From Selaginella moellendorffii (lineage: Eukaryota; Plantae; Lycopodiophyta), in NCBI RefSeq assembly GCF_000143415.4, contig NW_003314347.1, positions 62,001 through 126,000 of the forward strand: a stretch of DNA of 64,000 nucleotides. Direction: 5' to 3'. The notes under the pieces were generated by a model, which did no database searches, was not told the origin of the DNA, and saw only the letters and a program-made list of their open reading frames with translations. How positions within the stretch are numbered: position 1 is the stretch's first letter; each line of letters opens with the position of its first letter. Positions 60,338 through 64,000 of the stretch are shown one piece after another. Both the position numbers and the translations under genes were made by a program.

Positions 60338-61803
60338 TCTCTCGTTCGACCATCGTCCTCGGCCTTACTCCTCATTGCATCGATCTCCAGCTTCTTCTCC
60401 CACATTCCCGCGGCTCCATAGATACTGGCCATCATCACGTAGCACGAGATCGCAACAGGCTCTCGACTTCTCAGCAAAGTATCGAAAGCCAGCCGCCCGA
60501 CTTCTACGTTCTTCCACTTGTGGCAAGCACCAAGGAGAGTGACCCAAGCGACCGAGCTCCAGGGCACCATGTTCGCCATCTGCACGGCTTCTTCCAGCCG
60601 GTTTGCTCGTCCCAGCACGTCCACCATGCAACGGCAGTGCTGAGCGTCGGGAGAGACTCCATAGCTGGAGAGCATCGAGTGGAAGTGCTCGAGTCCCTTG
60701 TCGACGAGACCGGCGTGGCTGCTAGCCGCGAGAAGAGCCGAGAAAGTTACTCCATTCGGCCTCAAAGCTACTCGATCGAGAGCCTCGAAAAGAGCAAAGA
60801 CGCGGGTGGTGTCTCCCTGGCGACTATATCCGACCAGCAAAGAGTTCCAAGTCACGATGGAGCAGTCACTGGAGCTCGTGGAATCGAAAACTCGTTGGGC
60901 ATTGACCATGCTCCCGCATTTGCCGTAGAAATCCACCAAGCAGTTCGTCCGGAGCTCAGGATCCAAGCAGCAGTACCGAGAAATCTCCGCGTGGAGTATC
61001 TTCCCGGTTTGCAACGCTCCGAGCTTGGCAGCGGCCTTTAGCAAGACGGCGAAAGTTTGAGCGCTGGGAGCACAGCCTTGGAACTTCATGCCGACAAACA
61101 AATCGAGAGCTTGCTGCGGATGCCCGTGGAGAGCAAATGCAGCCATCATGGAGTTCCAGCTTACCACATCCCGATTCGGCATTCCCTCAAACACTCTGCG
61201 AGCGTCCTCCAGACTTCCAGACCTGGAGTACACATCCACGAGGCTGTTCGCAAGGAAAACATCCGAATCGAGGCCAAGCTTTGCAGCGCGAGAGTGGAGA
61301 GCCATGCATGTCTCAAGAACGCGATCTTTGCTGCACCTTTCTTCGAGGGTGGCAGCGCAGGCTTGAAGAGCAGCGACGAAAGTTTGAGCGTTTGGAGCTG
61401 CCCGGGCCCTGGAATGCATCTCCTGGAACCTCTCCAGCGCGGTGGTGCCATGCCCGTTCCGGGCATATCCCGCGATGAGCGAGGTCCACGATACAACGTT
61501 GCGCTGCGGGATGGAATCGAAGACCCACTGCGAGTCGTGCATGGTGCCACACTTTGCGTAAACATCCACCAGGCTGCTGGCCACGTAAACGTTCCAGTCG
61601 AGATTTTGGAGCGAGGCCTGCGAGTGTAGTGCCATAGCCTGTTCCAGGGACGTGATCTTGACGAGCTGACCATCAACCTGGGTCCAGTTCTCTCGGAGAG
61701 CTTGATGGCTGCAAGCCTTGATCAGCGAAATTAAAACTAGCGGTTTGCATCCTGGAAGATGGTCACCATTCATGCTACGCGAGGTTGAGAGCTTGACAAG
61801 CAT
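60301..61803 (-). CDS. PLS-class PPR protein with E domain (~500 aa; start uncertain, alternatives 61938 and 61773)
   Basis: DVYAKCGTMHDSQWVFDSIPQRNVVSW, HCRCMVDVLGRANRLEEA, AWVTLLGACHKW, YVMMASIYGAAGMW. Confidence 0.88.
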   Translation of the reverse strand: MLVKLSTSRSMNGDHLPGCKPLVLISLIKACSHQALRENWTQVDGQLVKITSLEQAMALHSQASLQNLDWNVYVASSLVDVYAKCGTMHDSQWVFDSIPQRNVVSWTSLIAGYARNGHGTTALERFQEMHSRARAAPNAQTFVAALQACAATLEERCSKDRVLETCMALHSRAAKLGLDSDVFLANSLVDVYSRSGSLEDARRVFEGMPNRDVVSWNSMMAAFALHGHPQQALDLFVGMKFQGCAPSAQTFAVLLKAAAKLGALQTGKILHAEISRYCCLDPELRTNCLVDFYGKCGSMVNAQRVFDSTSSSDCSIVTWNSLLVGYSRQGDTTRVFALFEALDRVALRPNGVTFSALLAASSHAGLVDKGLEHFHSMLSSYGVSPDAQHCRCMVDVLGRANRLEEAVQMANMVPWSSVAWVTLLGACHKWKNVEVGRLAFDTLLRSREPVAISCYVMMASIYGAAGMWEKKLEIDAMRSKAEDDGRTRDHREGEFELRPA

Positions 61804-61888
61804 ACGGCGCGCCGACAAGACGGAGTTGTCGCTACAATGCGATGATGAAGAATTTTGGTGAGTGTTTCGTTTTGGATCGTCGTTGTGT

Positions 61889-64000
61889 ATGTGGTCATGG
61901 ATTGATCCGAGGCAAAGACCTTCCTGGATCTTCCGCATTTTCTCTCGTGGAATCAAGCTCTCATACGTGACGGATGACTACGGGCAGCGGTTGAGAGGAT
62001 GCCGGGATCTTGACGAGGGGAAGAGGTTGCACTCCGAGATAATCAAGCGTGGCTATGGCGGAGACACCTTCCTTGGGAATCTTCTCGTTAGGATGTATGG
62101 CAGCTTTGAGAGGCTAGAGGAGGCGACGTGGGTGTTTACGAGTCTTCAGGAGCGCAATGTCTTCTCGTGGAACATCCTGCTCCATGCTTTTGCCCAGTCT
62201 GGGCATATGGAAGGATCGAAAGATGCTTTTGAAAAGATGCCCCTGCGCAGCATTGTGTCGTGGAACGACATGCTATGGGCGCTCGGCGAGGACTGCGCAG
62301 CGATGCAGGCGAAGAATGTTTTCGACGAGATGCCTGAGAGGAACGTGATATCGTGGGCGAGCCTCGCTGCAGCATTTGCCCGTGCCGAGAAAGCCGACGA
62401 GGCGGCGCTCGTTTGCGGGCAAATGCCGGGATGGAATGCCGTCGCGTGCACTACGCTGGTGGCGGCGCTGGCGCGGGCCGGGAAGCTGGACGAGTCGCGG
62501 GCCATGTTTGAGGCCATGCCCGAGCGCAGCAGCGTCAGCTGGAACGTTTTCATCTCGGCCTGTGCGCTCTCCGGCCACCTCGAGCGCTGCACTGCCGTGT
62601 TCGAGCGAATGCCGGCCTGGGACGTGGTCTCGTGGAACTCGCTCATGCAAGCTTACGTCGAGAATCACTGCACGGAGCAAGCCAAGGCCGTGTTTGATGC
62701 AATGCCGCTCCACAACCTTGTCACCTGCAATGCGCTCATCGCGGCCTACGGCAGCCATGGGATGCCGGATGACGCCAAGCTCGTGTTTGACGGGATGCGC
62801 GAGAGGGATGCATTGTCATGGGTGCTCGTCGCCAGAGCTACTGCCGCGGCTGGGAGCTTGGTCGTGTTGGAGCGGCTCCTGGACAAGATCCCGTGCCATA
62901 GCCTGGTGGCTCGCAACGTCGCCCTCCATGCAGCTGCTAGGGGCGGAGATCTTCCAGGGGCCGCGAGCATGTTTGCAAGCCAGGAGCTGTGCTATCACCG
63001 GGACTTGTTCTCCTGGACGACGATGGTGATGGCGCTAGCGGAGCAGCAAAACAGTCCCAAGAATCTAGACCTGGCCAGGGAAGTTTTCACCAGGATGGCC
63101 TGCTGGGATGTCACAGCTTGGAACGCCATGCTCGCCGGCTACAGCCGTGCCGGAGACGCTCCGGGGACGAAGCTGCTCTTCGACGAGATGCCCGAGCGGG
63201 ATCTGGTGTCGTGGACGAGCCTGTTGGCGGTGTGCAGCGACGACGCCCTGAACGCGGCCATGCACAGAGTGCCTGCTCGAGACGTGGTGCTGTGGAACAT
63301 CGTGGCGGGGGCGTATGCCCAGCTCGGGCACATCGAGCAGGCGAAGGCCACCTTCGATGCCATGGACGAGCGGGACACCGTGTCGTGGAACACCATCGTT
63401 TCGGCGTATGCCCAAGCCGGGCGTAGCCGGGCATCACTCGCCACCTTCTGCGCCATGGATCTGGAAGGCGTGAAGCTCGACGATGTCAGCTACGTGAGCC
63501 TGGTCGAGGCAGTGAGCGGGAGCAGCGAGAGCAGCCTCAGCGCGATGCGTGGAGTGCACGAGATCATAGCCGGGGTGGACGATGGCCGGCTCCTGGCCCA
63601 GGTGACGAAGGTGGCGAACGCGGTGCTCAACATGTACGCCAAGCGTGGGATGCTCCAGGCCGCGAGGGAGGTGTTCGACGCCATGCAAGCGCAGGCCCGG
63701 GACGTAGTGACTTGGAGCACGCTCATCGCTGCCTATGGCTCGGCCTGTTTCACTCCAGCGGCGCTGGAGCAGACTTTGCATCTCTTTGGCACGATGCAGC
63801 TGCAAGGGATCCAGGCGGACGCCATCACTTTCGTGTCTCTCCTGGCCGCTTGCAGCCAAGCTGGGCATCTCGTCCATGCCATGGCGCTCTTCGCTGCAGT
63901 GGCAGCGAGGGATTTTGCCGGAGTTGCTGCGAGCCTGGAGCACTATGTGTGCTTGATCGATGCACTGGCTCGGGCGGGGGAGCTTTCACAGGCACACGAG
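61889..64000 (+). CDS. PLS-class PPR protein rich in short (S) motifs; open to the end of the window (absent from the ORF track)
   Basis: ATG 61889 MWSWIDPRQRPSWIFRIFSRG...DTFLGNLLVRMYGS...RNVFSWNIL; the same frame gives EHYVCLIDALARAGELSQAHE at 63938-64000. Confidence 0.88.
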   Translation, partial: MWSWIDPRQRPSWIFRIFSRGIKLSYVTDDYGQRLRGCRDLDEGKRLHSEIIKRGYGGDTFLGNLLVRMYGSFERLEEATWVFTSLQERNVFSWNILLHAFAQSGHMEGSKDAFEKMPLRSIVSWNDMLWALGEDCAAMQAKNVFDEMPERNVISWASLAAAFARAEKADEAALVCGQMPGWNAVACTTLVAALARAGKLDESRAMFEAMPERSSVSWNVFISACALSGHLERCTAVFERMPAWDVVSWNSLMQAYVENHCTEQAKAVFDAMPLHNLVTCNALIAAYGSHGMPDDAKLVFDGMRERDALSWVLVARATAAAGSLVVLERLLDKIPCHSLVARNVALHAAARGGDLPGAASMFASQELCYHRDLFSWTTMVMALAEQQNSPKNLDLAREVFTRMACWDVTAWNAMLAGYSRAGDAPGTKLLFDEMPERDLVSWTSLLAVCSDDALNAAMHRVPARDVVLWNIVAGAYAQLGHIEQAKATFDAMDERDTVSWNTIVSAYAQAGRSRASLATFCAMDLEGVKLDDVSYVSLVEAVSGSSESSLSAMRGVHEIIAGVDDGRLLAQVTKVANAVLNMYAKRGMLQAAREVFDAMQAQARDVVTWSTLIAAYGSACFTPAALEQTLHLFGTMQLQGIQADAITFVSLLAACSQAGHLVHAMALFAAVAARDFAGVAASLEHYVCLIDALARAGELSQAHE

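Overview
Plant nuclear DNA, most likely from the lycophyte Selaginella. This is inferred from the microbial-type terpene synthases, the many intronless PLS-class PPR genes, ~50-60 nt introns and very tight gene spacing. 1-12.1 kb: a decayed Ty3/Gypsy retrotransposon (minus strand) whose gag is split by a younger, structurally complete but apparently non-coding LTR element (3524-11050, GTATT target-site duplication). 14-27 kb: two near-identical intronless microbial terpene synthase-like genes (MTPSL), plastid-type UPRT, an S40 senescence regulator and a nucleostemin-like GTPase. 27-47 kb: an accessory region in which a tail-to-tail module, [microbial-type D-amino-acid-oxidase-family gene + 2-oxoglutarate/Fe(II) dioxygenase], is present twice in mirror orientation. 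Both 2OGDs are intact and both DAO-like genes are broken. The region also holds 2OGD and PPR relics, an intact PPR gene, a C-terminally truncated intronless SKP1 and AT-rich TE debris. 47-64 kb: a ZIP metal transporter, a TORTIFOLIA1/SPIRAL2-like gene, a third divergent MTPSL, ARL2/TITAN5 and three densely packed PPR genes. The most interesting signals are the intron-containing microbial-type DAO relics (fragmented in the ORF track) and their co-location with 2OGDs and MTPSLs, a candidate specialised-metabolism locus built partly from microbe-like genes. All family assignments come from motif recognition by eye; no database search was run.
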